From an uncultured Candidatus Saccharibacteria bacterium (GTDB lineage Bacteria > Patescibacteriota > Minisyncoccia > Phycocordibacterales > UBA12088), in contig CAZMLK010000001.1 in the NCBI GenBank assembly GCA_964567265.1, forward strand, positions 331,723 through 395,722: 64,000 nt of DNA, given 5' to 3'. The position numbers and the translations under genes were made by a program. Of this stretch, positions 19,560 to 29,342 are shown one piece after another; position 1 is the first letter of the stretch; each line of letters begins with the position of its first letter. Under the pieces are notes generated by a model that saw only the letters and a program-made list of their open reading frames with translations, searched no databases and had not been told where the DNA came from.

Positions 19560-20657
19560 ATGGCACTCGCAATCGGCATCGTTGGGCTTCCAAACGTGGG
19601 CAAATCCACGCTTTTTAATGCACTGACCAAGAAATCCGTCCCTGCGGAGAACTTCCCATTCTGTACCATCGACCCATCGGTCGGCGTGGTCGCAGTCCCA
19701 GATCCGCGCCTCCAGAAGCTCACTGACTTCGCGCATTCCAAGAAGACTATTCCTGCGGCTGTTGAATTTGTCGACATCGCAGGACTTGTGAAAGGCGCAT
19801 CGGAGGGCGAAGGGTTGGGGAATCAGTTTCTCGCGCATATCCGAGAAGTGGATGCGATTGCAGAGGTGGTGCGTATCTTCGAAGATCCGAATGTCATCCA
19901 CGTGAATGGCGTTGTTGATCCACTTTCGGATATTGAAGTCATCAACCTCGAGCTTATCCTTGCCGATCTTGAAACGGTTGCGAAGCGTCTCGGTACGATT
20001 GAAAAAGAAGTGCGCCGCGGCGACAAGGCCGCACTCATCGAGCAGGAAGCGGCCAACAAGGTGCGGCAGGCTCTCGAATCAGGTCGCCTCGCGAGAAGCG
20101 TCGACCTCACTGAAGCCGAAGAGAAAGCGATCAAGACTCTCCACCTCCTCAGCATGAAATCGATCCTCTACGTGCTCAACAAGCAGGCGGGCGGACACAA
20201 TCTCGATGAGATGAAAGACGAACGCTTCACCAATCTCATTGAATTTCTTGAGATGTCCGGCTCAAGCTACGTGATTGTTGATGCGGGCGTTGAGAACGAG
20301 CTCAAGGATGTGAGCGACGATGACAAGTCTATGTTCCGTGAGGAATTCGGTGTTCTTGATGACGGCATCGATTCGCTCATCAAGAAAGGGTACGAGATGC
20401 TCGGCCTCATGACCTACTTCACGACCGGTGAAGACGAGACGCGTGCATGGACCATTCAGAAAAATTCAACCGCGCCGATTGCAGGAACCGCAATCCACAC
20501 AGACTTCAAAGATAAATTCATCCGCGCAGAGGTGATTCCCTGGGAAAAGCTCCTGGAAGCCGGCTCATACGGCGCCGCACGCGAGAAGGGATGGCTCAAG
20601 ACCGAAGGAAAGGAGTATATCGTTAAGGATGGCGACGTGATTGAGTTCAAAATTTAA
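19560..20657 (+). CDS. ychF: ribosome-binding ATPase YchF
   Basis: IGIVGLPNVGKSTLFNALT G1 motif, TGS C-terminal domain (..VIEFKI). Confidence 0.95.
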   Translation: MALAIGIVGLPNVGKSTLFNALTKKSVPAENFPFCTIDPSVGVVAVPDPRLQKLTDFAHSKKTIPAAVEFVDIAGLVKGASEGEGLGNQFLAHIREVDAIAEVVRIFEDPNVIHVNGVVDPLSDIEVINLELILADLETVAKRLGTIEKEVRRGDKAALIEQEAANKVRQALESGRLARSVDLTEAEEKAIKTLHLLSMKSILYVLNKQAGGHNLDEMKDERFTNLIEFLEMSGSSYVIVDAGVENELKDVSDDDKSMFREEFGVLDDGIDSLIKKGYEMLGLMTYFTTGEDETRAWTIQKNSTAPIAGTAIHTDFKDKFIRAEVIPWEKLLEAGSYGAAREKGWLKTEGKEYIVKDGDVIEFKI

Positions 20658-20660
20658 GAC

Positions 20661-20691
20661 AAAACCCCCGCGCCAAAGGCGCGGGGGTTTT
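20661..20691. terminator. bidirectional terminator
   Basis: AAAACCCCCGCGCC-AAA-GGCGCGGGGGTTTT. Confidence 0.85.
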
Positions 20692-20692
20692 G

Positions 20693-21784
20693 TTATTGCG
20701 ATACTCGAGACAATACGAACGTACAGAGCCTCTGAAATACGACCGCGATGCCGATAAGGAGTGGTAGGTATAGGAGTGTCGCTACTGCCGGCGGAAGTGC
20801 TTGATACAAGACTTCGTATCTTGAAATGAGTGGCCAGTGGAAGAGGTAGATTTCGTACGAATAAAGCCCGAAGAGTGCAAAAAAGCCAAATTCAAAACGC
20901 GAGAGAGCAAGGAGTGCGATTACCAGAAGCATGGTTACGATACTGATTGATTGCTCGAGCGTAATCGAACCACCGACGCCCGAATGGATCGCGAGATGGC
21001 TGATTCCGGCAGCAAGTAGAGTGACTGCAATGATTCTTGAAGGAATGGGCATGTCCGCAATCCGCTTGCCGAGCTCAAGCTTCCGTACCCGTGCCGATGA
21101 TATCGTCCAGGCAGCAAGCATCCCAAGAGGGAACGCAATCAGATGTACCGCATAGAGTCTGACAACATCGGCGATATATGCGGGCTCAATGAAGATGATG
21201 CCGTACGTGAATGCATAGAGCAAAAACGCTGAAAGCCACGGCCGTGGTCGGGAGAAAAACAAAGGGAATGCGATGTAGTAGAAGACGATGATGGTGAAGT
21301 ACCACATCGGCGAATTGATATCTGTGAAGGCGTTCGCGCTCGTGAATATGCCTAGCGCAGACTGTAGCAGGTATGAAAGCGAATAGTATTTTGAAAGTAT
21401 GAACCCATCGAGCGCTGTAAAGATCGCAAGCGCAAGCCAGAACGGGATGTAGAGCCGCGGCAACTGCTCTCGGTAAAATTTCAAAATCGAGTTGTCATGC
21501 GAAAGGGCATACAGCGTACGTCCGTATCCCGAAAGAAAGAGGAACAGATTGACTGCGACGCCTGCAAAGATTGAAAAAGGGAAGAGGAATGCGGGAGTAT
21601 CGGAAAGCAGATATCCGATATGGGCAAAGAAGACCGCAAGGATCGCAAATCCCTTAAGTTCCGTCGTCCGTTCAAGCGGTAAGAGGTCAACATCCGTCCG
21701 GCGCCTTGCAGAAAATAAAATCGCTAACACAAGCGCTGCGGTGACAACCATAGTCGACAACACTGGATTTTCTATATGAATCAT
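20693..21784 (-). CDS. acyltransferase family 3 membrane protein
   Basis: ~10 TM, LKGFAILAVFFAHIGYL motif typical of acyltransferase_3 (OafA/OpgC-like); possible upstream start at 21820. Confidence 0.8.
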   Translation of the reverse strand: MIHIENPVLSTMVVTAALVLAILFSARRRTDVDLLPLERTTELKGFAILAVFFAHIGYLLSDTPAFLFPFSIFAGVAVNLFLFLSGYGRTLYALSHDNSILKFYREQLPRLYIPFWLALAIFTALDGFILSKYYSLSYLLQSALGIFTSANAFTDINSPMWYFTIIVFYYIAFPLFFSRPRPWLSAFLLYAFTYGIIFIEPAYIADVVRLYAVHLIAFPLGMLAAWTISSARVRKLELGKRIADMPIPSRIIAVTLLAAGISHLAIHSGVGGSITLEQSISIVTMLLVIALLALSRFEFGFFALFGLYSYEIYLFHWPLISRYEVLYQALPPAVATLLYLPLLIGIAVVFQRLCTFVLSRVSQ

Positions 21785-21962
21785 GTCTCGACATCCTTTC
21801 ACATGCAGCATGGATTGCAAATGAATGGATGGCCAGCATCATTTTCTACGGACCAGAGTTGCCGCACTGTCAAACCCGTGTCCCCATTTGCGAAATGAGA
21901 CGCTTCATTTACAACACATGGATTCGTTGTACAATGCCTCTATTACGAGCTTAGCCAATCCT

Positions 21963-22934
21963 ATGGACTCAAGCATGCCGAAGCCGAAGCTGACGCCGAA
22001 GGACTTCGTCCTCTACGCCGGCGCGATGATCGCACTCTATGTCAGTGTCTTCTCCCTCCTCGCGCTTCTTTTTAATTACGTCGACTATTCGTTCCGCGAC
22101 GCCCTCGATTACATCGACCCATACAATGGCGCGATGCGTGCGGCCATGGCCTCGCTGATCGTCTTCTTCCCGCTGTTTGTGTGGCTCACCCGCGTACTCA
22201 ACCAGGGGATGCGTGCTGATTCATCGATGCGCGAGAGCGGTTTCCGCCGTTGGATCCTCTACATCACGCTTCTCATCGCTGGACTCGCTATGGCGATCGA
22301 CCTCGTTGTCCTCATCAATACCTTCCTCGGCGGCGAAATCACGACGCGGTTTATTCTTAAAGTGATCGCTGTCCTCGTTGTCGCTGCAAGCGTCTTCGGA
22401 TACTACCTTGCAGATCTCCGTGGCTACTGGCAGCAGAATGAGAGCAAGTCGAAAGCGGCCGGCGCGGTGGCACTTGCAGCAGTCATTATCTCGATCGTCG
22501 CTGGATTCTTCATCATGGGTTCTCCAGCTTCACAGCGCCTGCTCCGCTTCGATGAACAGCGCGTTTCCGATCTTCAGAACATGCAGTGGCAGCTGGTGAA
22601 CTACTGGCAGGCGAAGCAGAAGCTCCCGGAATCGCTCGGTGAGCTGACCAATTCCATTGCCGGATTCACCGTACCGAAGGATCCTGAGACGGGTGCCGAC
22701 TATACGTACAGCGTGGTCGGAGGAGGAGCTCCGAGCTTCAAGCTCTGCGCGACCTTCAGCACGGATTCAAGCAAGACTACTGGCCGCTCCAATCCGATCT
22801 ATGCGCCGATGGTTGATCAGGGCATCAAGGGCGGCAACACCTGGGATCATGGAACGGGAAATGTCTGCTTCGACCGGACCATCGATCCCGATTTCTACCC
22901 GCCGATCAACGCGCCGACGAAAGGAGTCCTCTAA
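21963..22934 (+). CDS. membrane protein (4 TM) with C-terminal type IV pilin-like globular domain, no prepilin leader
   Basis: After last TM: R.SDLQNMQWQLVNYWQAKQKLPESLGEL..DPETGADYTYSV..FKLCATF matches pilin alpha1-C/globular domain consensus; no G|FTLIE cleavage site; alternative starts 21825/21918/21975. Confidence 0.65.
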   Translation: MDSSMPKPKLTPKDFVLYAGAMIALYVSVFSLLALLFNYVDYSFRDALDYIDPYNGAMRAAMASLIVFFPLFVWLTRVLNQGMRADSSMRESGFRRWILYITLLIAGLAMAIDLVVLINTFLGGEITTRFILKVIAVLVVAASVFGYYLADLRGYWQQNESKSKAAGAVALAAVIISIVAGFFIMGSPASQRLLRFDEQRVSDLQNMQWQLVNYWQAKQKLPESLGELTNSIAGFTVPKDPETGADYTYSVVGGGAPSFKLCATFSTDSSKTTGRSNPIYAPMVDQGIKGGNTWDHGTGNVCFDRTIDPDFYPPINAPTKGVL

Positions 22935-22960
22935 GAGATCGTTCTCTAGCACGCCACTGA

Positions 22961-25405
22961 ATGGAATTCTACGACCACAAAAAAGTCGAGTCGAAATGGC
23001 AGTCCCGGTGGGATTCTGAAAAGCTGTACGCGGCCAGCGATGATCATTCAAGAAAAAAATACTTCGCACTCATAGAATTCCCGTACCCATCGGGCGCCGG
23101 ACTCCATGTGGGCCATCCGCGCCCGTACATCGGGCTCGACATCGTGGCGAGGAAGCGCCGCATGCAGGGATTCAACGTGCTCTATCCGATCGGATGGGAT
23201 GCCTTCGGCCTTCCGACCGAGAACTACGCGATCAAGACGGGCCGCAATCCGCGCGACATCACCAAGGAGAATTCCGACACCTTCCGCCGCCAGATCAAAT
23301 CCCTCGGCGTGTCGTTTGACTGGTCACGTGAGATCAACACCACTGATCCCAAGTACTACAAATGGACGCAGTGGATCTTCCTCCAGCTCCTGAAGCATGA
23401 CCTCGCGTACAAGGCGAAGACGCTCATCAATTGGTGCCCTAAGGATAAGATTGGGCTCGCGAACGAGGAAGTCGTCGACGGCAAGTGCGAGCGTTGCGGT
23501 ACGGTCGTCGAGAAACGTGAGAAAGAGCAATGGATGCTCGCGATCACGAAATACGCTGACCGCCTCTACAACGATCTCGATACCGTCGACTATATCGAGC
23601 GCGCGAAGATCCAGCAGCGCAATTGGATCGGCCCGTCCGAAGGCGCCGAGATTGATTTCGAACTTCTCTTCACGCATCAGCCATCAGCGAACGCGAACCG
23701 TGGACCGAATGGCGAGAAGGCCGCACTCAAAGTATTCACGACTCGGGCGGACACGCTCTTTGGCGTGACCTATCTTGTGCTGGCGCCCGAACATCCCTGG
23801 GTGACACTCGCGACCGACGCCGATCACGACGTGCTCGCGAACAAGGATGCCGTGAAAGCATATGTCGAAGCGGCAGGGAAGAAGACGGACTTCGAGCGTG
23901 GTGCTGACGCGAAAGAAAAGACAGGAATCAAGATCGAGGGCGTCGTTGCGATCAATCCCGCAACTAAGGAAGAGATCCCGATGTATGTTGCGGACTACGT
24001 GCTCGCGGGCTATGGCACCGGAGCGATCATGGCTGTTCCTGCCCATGATGAACGCGACTCTGCATTCGCGGCCGCCTTTGATATCCCTCGTCGGTCAGTC
24101 ATTTCTGGAGGCACCGAAGGCGAGCTTTTCACGGGCGAAGGGAGGCTCGTTGATTCCGGAGAATTCACCGGCATGGAGAGTGCCGAAGCGAAGGAAAAAA
24201 TCACGCTCTTCGTCGAAGGTAAGATCGCAAAATCCTACAAGCTCCGTGATTGGGTATTCTCGCGCCAGCGCTACTGGGGCGAGCCGATTCCGGTCGTCCA
24301 TTGTGAAAAGGATGGCATCGTGCCGCTTCCCGAAGACCAGCTCCCGCTCATCCTTCCAGACGTCGAGAACTATGTCCCGACCGACAACGGCGATTCACCT
24401 CTTGCGAATATTACTGATTGGGTCAACACGACCTGTCCGAAATGCGGCGGACCCGCGAAGCGCGAGACCGATACCATGCCCAATTGGGCGGGCTCTTCCT
24501 GGTACTACCTCCGGTATACCGATCCAACGAATGATACTGCGCTTGCATCCCCTGAAAATCTGAAGTACTGGACGCCGGTCGATTGGTACAACGGCGGCAT
24601 GGAGCATACGGTGCTCCATCTCCTATATTCGCGCTTCTGGCACAAGTTCCTCTTCGACATCGGCGTCGTGCCGACGTCAGAGCCATATATGAAGCGGACT
24701 TCGCATGGGCTTATCCTTGCAGAAGGGGGGGCGAAGATGTCGAAATCGGTCGGGAATGTCGTCAATCCCGATGAGATCGTCGAGCGCTTCGGCGCGGACA
24801 CGCTCCGCGTCTACGAGATGTTCATGGGACCGTTCGAGCAGGCGATCGCCTGGTCAACCGACAACCTCGTCGGTACGAAGCGCTTCTTGGAGCGCGTCGA
24901 GAAGACCTCACAGAAAGTCGGGGATGCCGCACTCTCGCCATCGCTCGAAATCCTTCTCAATCAGACGATCCGCAAGGTCGGGGAGGATATCGAGCAGCTG
25001 AAGATGAACACGGCGATCTCCGCGCTCATGATCCTCCACAATGAGCTTGAAAAACTCGAAGTCGTGCCGAAGAATGCATTCACCGTGTTCTTGCAGCTCC
25101 TCGCGCCGTTTGCACCGCATCTTGCCGATGAGCTGTATGAACGCATCGGGAACGGTGTCTCGATCCATGCGAGCCCTTGGCCTGTGTTTGACGAGTCGAA
25201 AACGGAATCCGAAACGGTAATGATTGCTGTCCAGATCAATGGCAAGGTCCGCGGAGAGCTGGGGGCTCCGCGCGGCGTTTCCGAAGCTGATGTGGTCACC
25301 GCCGTGCACGGAAAGCCGGAACTGATGCGCTATCTGGAAGGGAAGTCGGTTTCGAAAACCTTCTACGTCCCGAACCGCCTTATCAATTTCGTCCTTTCTG
25401 GTTGA
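22961..25405 (+). CDS. leuS: leucine--tRNA ligase
   Basis: PYPSGAGLHVGHPRPY HIGH motif, KMSKS, 814 aa. Confidence 0.97.
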   Translation: MEFYDHKKVESKWQSRWDSEKLYAASDDHSRKKYFALIEFPYPSGAGLHVGHPRPYIGLDIVARKRRMQGFNVLYPIGWDAFGLPTENYAIKTGRNPRDITKENSDTFRRQIKSLGVSFDWSREINTTDPKYYKWTQWIFLQLLKHDLAYKAKTLINWCPKDKIGLANEEVVDGKCERCGTVVEKREKEQWMLAITKYADRLYNDLDTVDYIERAKIQQRNWIGPSEGAEIDFELLFTHQPSANANRGPNGEKAALKVFTTRADTLFGVTYLVLAPEHPWVTLATDADHDVLANKDAVKAYVEAAGKKTDFERGADAKEKTGIKIEGVVAINPATKEEIPMYVADYVLAGYGTGAIMAVPAHDERDSAFAAAFDIPRRSVISGGTEGELFTGEGRLVDSGEFTGMESAEAKEKITLFVEGKIAKSYKLRDWVFSRQRYWGEPIPVVHCEKDGIVPLPEDQLPLILPDVENYVPTDNGDSPLANITDWVNTTCPKCGGPAKRETDTMPNWAGSSWYYLRYTDPTNDTALASPENLKYWTPVDWYNGGMEHTVLHLLYSRFWHKFLFDIGVVPTSEPYMKRTSHGLILAEGGAKMSKSVGNVVNPDEIVERFGADTLRVYEMFMGPFEQAIAWSTDNLVGTKRFLERVEKTSQKVGDAALSPSLEILLNQTIRKVGEDIEQLKMNTAISALMILHNELEKLEVVPKNAFTVFLQLLAPFAPHLADELYERIGNGVSIHASPWPVFDESKTESETVMIAVQINGKVRGELGAPRGVSEADVVTAVHGKPELMRYLEGKSVSKTFYVPNRLINFVLSG

Positions 25406-25418
25406 GAAGGAGCAGCAC

Positions 25419-25468
25419 TTGACACCCGTTTGACAAAACTTGACGCATCTCCCTTTACGTGATACAAA
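25419..25468 (+). promoter_or_regulatory. three helically phased TTGAC(A/G) direct repeats + TGaTACAAA -10
   Basis: TTGACA 25419, TTGACA 25430, TTGACG 25440 (spacing 11 and 10 bp); third repeat is 17 bp from TACAAA (25463-25468). Confidence 0.5.
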
Positions 25469-25486
25469 GAACCTATCGAAAAATAT

Positions 25487-26530
25487 ATGGCCAAACCAAG
25501 CCTCACATTCAAGCCGAAGCAGATCTCAAAGCGCCTCCTTTCCGCGCTTCCACCACGAGCCCGAGAAGTGATCGAAGGCCGCTACGGCCTCGGCACCACT
25601 TCCGAGCGTATTACGCTTGAAGGGATCGGTTCTACCTACGGCATCACCCGAGAGCGCGTGCGCCAGATCGAGAACTATGCCCTCGGATCCATCCGAAAGT
25701 CTCCTGCATTCAAGGCGGAGAAGGCTGCCTTTGACGAGCTCGAGAAGATCATCTCCGGTCTTGGCGGATTGGTTGCAGAAGAAGAGCTCCTTGCGCTTCT
25801 CGCGAAGGATCAGCCGACACGCAACCACATCCACTTCCTCCTTGTCCTCGGTGACGCATTCACGCGCGAGAAGGAAGACGAGGAATTCCAGCACCGCTGG
25901 TTCGTCGATCCGAAGCTCGCTGAGAGCATCCACGAATCGCTCCGCACGCTCTACAAGAGCCTTTCAGACAATGACCTCATCCCGGAATCAGAGCTTATCA
26001 ACCGGTTCCTTAACGAGATCGAGGACCTGAACGAGAAATTCCGAAACGATGAGATCGCGAAGCGTTGGCTCGGACTCTCGAAGACGCTCGGGAAGAACCC
26101 GCTCGGAGAATGGGGACGTGCCGCCTCTCCGAATGTCCGCGTGAAGGGCATGCGCGATTACGCATACCTCGTCATCAAGCGCCATGGATCCCCGATGCAC
26201 TTCCGCGAGGTCGCGAAGGCTATCACGACCGTCTTCAACAAGAAGGCGCATGAGGCGACCACCCACAATGAACTCATCAAGGACAAGCGCTTTGTGCTCG
26301 TCGGCCGCGGCCTCTACGCGCTCGCAGAATGGGGCTACACCAACGGCGTCGTGAAGGATGTCATCGCCGGTATTCTCAAGAAGAACGGCCCGCTCTCAAA
26401 GGACGACATCATCGAGAAGGTACGGAACGAGCGCTATGTGAAGAACAATACGATCGTCGTGAACTTGCAGGACGGGAAAGTGTTCAAGCGCGACAAGAAT
26501 GGGCTCTATACGCTCGCGAAGGGCCAGTAA
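25487..26530 (+). CDS. sigma-70 region 4 HTH domain protein with C-terminal extension
   Basis: N-terminal LSALPPRAREVIEGRYGL..ITLEGIGSTYGITRERVRQIENYAL = sigma70 region 4 HTH; no region 2; 347 aa. Confidence 0.8.
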   Translation: MAKPSLTFKPKQISKRLLSALPPRAREVIEGRYGLGTTSERITLEGIGSTYGITRERVRQIENYALGSIRKSPAFKAEKAAFDELEKIISGLGGLVAEEELLALLAKDQPTRNHIHFLLVLGDAFTREKEDEEFQHRWFVDPKLAESIHESLRTLYKSLSDNDLIPESELINRFLNEIEDLNEKFRNDEIAKRWLGLSKTLGKNPLGEWGRAASPNVRVKGMRDYAYLVIKRHGSPMHFREVAKAITTVFNKKAHEATTHNELIKDKRFVLVGRGLYALAEWGYTNGVVKDVIAGILKKNGPLSKDDIIEKVRNERYVKNNTIVVNLQDGKVFKRDKNGLYTLAKGQ

Positions 26531-26552
26531 TAATTAAAGATCGAAAGGGAAA

Positions 26553-26581
26553 CGCGCCGCATGCTTGCATGCGGCGTTTTT
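26553..26581 (+). terminator. rho-independent terminator
   Basis: GCCGCATG-CTTG-CATGCGGC followed by GTTTTT. Confidence 0.75.
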
Positions 26582-26669
26582 CGATATGGCACATTCGAGA
26601 GGAACAACTGTGCACACGGATTCTGCTCTGGTTTGGTACAATGGCAGGGATTCATCCTACATCTGAACG

Positions 26670-27971
26670 ATGGGCAAATTAATTGAAAATCTTGAAAAAA
26701 TCGGGGTCCTGCCCTATGTCATCGGAACCCTGTTCGTTGGCATTCTTGGATTCTATTTGTACAAAGTACCGTTCACTGTCTTTGGCGCATTCCCGCTCAT
26801 TTTCCAGCTTATGCCGATCTGGCTGCCGCCCATCCTGGTCGCCACCATCTGGAAGCTTTGGATGCGATACATCCGCTTCTATGAATACACCAACCGCCAG
26901 TACACGCTTCTTGAGATCAAGCTTCCAGCCGACGTGACGCAATCGCCGCGCGCCATGGAAGTCATCCTGAACGTGATGTACCACACGGATGAGTCCGGCA
27001 ACTTCTTCGAGAAGTACTGGGACGGCAAGACCGCGCCTTGGTTCTCGCTCGAGATCGCCTCGATGGAAGGCCGCATCCATTTCTATATCTGGATGCGTTC
27101 GAACTATAAGAACATCGTCGAGTCCCAGATCTATGCGCACTACCCGACCGTTGAGGTCAACGAGGTCCCGGACTACACGCAGGATGTCGTATATGACGAG
27201 AAGACCATGGATCTCTGGGGAATCGAGCAGAAGCTCCAGAATCCCGATCCGTATCCCATCATGACCTACGTCGACTTCGGCCTAGATAAGGATCCGAAGG
27301 AAGAGTTCAAGATCGATCCATTGCATTCCGTGATCGAATTCCTCGGCTCGATCGGGCAAGGAGAGTATTGCTGGGTCCAGATCGGTATCCGCGCGCACTC
27401 AAAACTCTATCCGAAGCCGGGAGCGCGCTTCGAGAAGATGCATTGGAACGGCGTCGTTGAATCTGAGATCAAGAAGATTCTTGCCCGTACAGTTGATGAC
27501 AAGGGCCGCACCAACGCGATGCAGCTCACCGAAGGGGAGCGGGACAAGCTGAAAGCCATGCAGCGGAATGCGAACAAGAAGCCGTTCGATACCGGCATGC
27601 GCATTATTTATATCGACAAGAAGATCGCCCAGCATCCGAGCCGCAACAACGGCATCCCCACCATGTTCCGTTCATTCGAGCATGCGTCCGAAGGCATGGG
27701 GTACAATGGACTTCGCCCGGTATTCGTCATCGGATACTCATACAAGCTCCGGGATCCATCAGGAGCCGAGAAGCGGGCGCACAAGCGTGCGTTGTATCGC
27801 TTCTACCGCATGCGATCCTTCTTCCACTGGCCGCGCGCGAAGAATATATTCGTGATGAGCAGCGAGGAACTGGCGACCTTGTATCACTTCCCGGGACGCG
27901 CAAGCATGACGCCGACACTCGAACGCATCCCGTCGAAGCGCAGCTCTGCACCTCCGAATCTCCCGATCTAG
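26670..27971 (+). CDS. hypothetical membrane-anchored protein (2 N-terminal TM + ~340-aa domain)
   Basis: No recognisable motif; W/Y-rich; 11 bp upstream of mltG, so co-transcribed. Confidence 0.65.
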   Translation: MGKLIENLEKIGVLPYVIGTLFVGILGFYLYKVPFTVFGAFPLIFQLMPIWLPPILVATIWKLWMRYIRFYEYTNRQYTLLEIKLPADVTQSPRAMEVILNVMYHTDESGNFFEKYWDGKTAPWFSLEIASMEGRIHFYIWMRSNYKNIVESQIYAHYPTVEVNEVPDYTQDVVYDEKTMDLWGIEQKLQNPDPYPIMTYVDFGLDKDPKEEFKIDPLHSVIEFLGSIGQGEYCWVQIGIRAHSKLYPKPGARFEKMHWNGVVESEIKKILARTVDDKGRTNAMQLTEGERDKLKAMQRNANKKPFDTGMRIIYIDKKIAQHPSRNNGIPTMFRSFEHASEGMGYNGLRPVFVIGYSYKLRDPSGAEKRAHKRALYRFYRMRSFFHWPRAKNIFVMSSEELATLYHFPGRASMTPTLERIPSKRSSAPPNLPI

Positions 27972-27982
27972 AACCCTCGCCC

Positions 27983-29011
27983 ATGTTCTTTCGAAACCCC
28001 ATGTCCTCAAAGAAAACCGAACAGACTGAAATCAAAACCGCCTGGTATCAGGTCGGCTGGAAATGGTATCTGCTTGGTGCGGCCAGTGCGGCATTTCTTT
28101 GCATGATCGGTACCGCGTATGCTTTCCGGCCCGGAAGCACGCTTCCGCGCGGACCAGCGGAACCTGCAATCATCGAGGTGAAGAAGGGCGAGACGCTTTC
28201 CGAGATCGGCATGTCGCTCCGTGACGCCGGCGTAGTGAAGTTCGCGACGCCCGCCACGCTCGCGCTCCGCGTCCTTTCCGGAAGCGATGGTGTGCTCGCA
28301 GGCGACTATGTCATTCATCCCGATTGGAATCCGATACGCGCGCTCTTCCAGATCGCTCGGGGTGACTTCGGCGTTGAGCCGATAAAGATCACCATTCCCG
28401 AAGGGACGACTTCTTTTGAAATGGCTGAGATATTGAAAGGGAAGCTCCTCACCTTCGATACACACACTTTTGAGGGGCTGGCACGCACCTACGAGGGATA
28501 CCTGTTCCCGGATACCTATTTCTTCCTGCCGACGATGAATGAGCAGGAGGTCGTCACGGTCATGAATGCGGCATTCCGCAAGCAGATCGCGACGCTTTCT
28601 TCGGATGTCGAGGCGTCGAAGCGCCCACTCTCCGATGTCATCATCGTCGCATCACTCCTGGAAAAAGAGGCACGTACCTTCGAGTCGAAGCAGATGATCG
28701 CAGGCATCATCTATAATCGGCTTGCCATCAACATGCCGCTCCAGATAGATGCCGTCTTCGGATACATCCAAGAGCGTGACACCTTCAATCCATCTTTGAA
28801 GGACCTTGCGACCGATTCTCCCTACAATACCTATACGAACAAGTCGCTGCCGCCGGGTCCGATCGCGAATCCGGGCCTCACGTCGATCATGGCAGCGCTC
28901 CATCCGACTGAATCGAAATATCTGTACTATCTGACCGGCCGCGACGGGAAGATGCATTATGCAAAGACATTCGAGGAGCATATCGCGAACCGGAAGAAAT
29001 ACCTGGATTAA
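27983..29011 (+). CDS. mltG: endolytic murein transglycosylase MltG (YceG family)
   Basis: N-terminal TM; ..DSPYNTYTNKSLPPGPIANPGLTSIMAAL conserved YceG motif. Confidence 0.9.
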   Translation: MFFRNPMSSKKTEQTEIKTAWYQVGWKWYLLGAASAAFLCMIGTAYAFRPGSTLPRGPAEPAIIEVKKGETLSEIGMSLRDAGVVKFATPATLALRVLSGSDGVLAGDYVIHPDWNPIRALFQIARGDFGVEPIKITIPEGTTSFEMAEILKGKLLTFDTHTFEGLARTYEGYLFPDTYFFLPTMNEQEVVTVMNAAFRKQIATLSSDVEASKRPLSDVIIVASLLEKEARTFESKQMIAGIIYNRLAINMPLQIDAVFGYIQERDTFNPSLKDLATDSPYNTYTNKSLPPGPIANPGLTSIMAALHPTESKYLYYLTGRDGKMHYAKTFEEHIANRKKYLD

Positions 29012-29030
29012 GTCATGGGGGTATTTTAGG

Positions 29031-29063
29031 AAACCCCTGCGAAGGCAATGCCTTCGCAGGGGT
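29031..29063. terminator. 16-bp hairpin; U-tract only on minus-strand side
   Basis: AACCCCTGCGAAGGCA-A-TGCCTTCGCAGGGGTT; minus-strand read has TTTCCTAAAAT after the stem. Confidence 0.5.
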
Positions 29064-29068
29064 TCGTG

Positions 29069-29284
29069 CTACCACAACAAGCTCGGCGGTTCTGCGCTCT
29101 TTGCACACCTTCGGATCCGGCTGCACGCATTTCCGGCATTGAGAAGCATTCTCCAAGCCAGTACGTACAGGAACTCAAGGAACGTCAGATCGTCGTAGTC
29201 AATCGCCCCCACGTCCTCGGGCCCTAGTCCATCTTCTGAGGCTGCTTTTTTCCGATGCGCCGATAGCGGCACAGGATCGCACAT
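29069..29284 (-). CDS. candidate small minus-strand ORF (71 aa), weak
   Basis: ORF present, hairpin downstream on its strand; no motif; listed start at 29344 is produced by an ACATGT palindrome shared with mnmA ATG. Confidence 0.2.
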   Translation of the reverse strand: MCDPVPLSAHRKKAASEDGLGPEDVGAIDYDDLTFLEFLYVLAWRMLLNAGNACSRIRRCAKSAEPPSLLW

Positions 29285-29342
29285 GGGTCCAAACTCCAGC
29301 TGAAAGTTGCGTTCCTCGTGACATTCCCATACATTGGGATAC

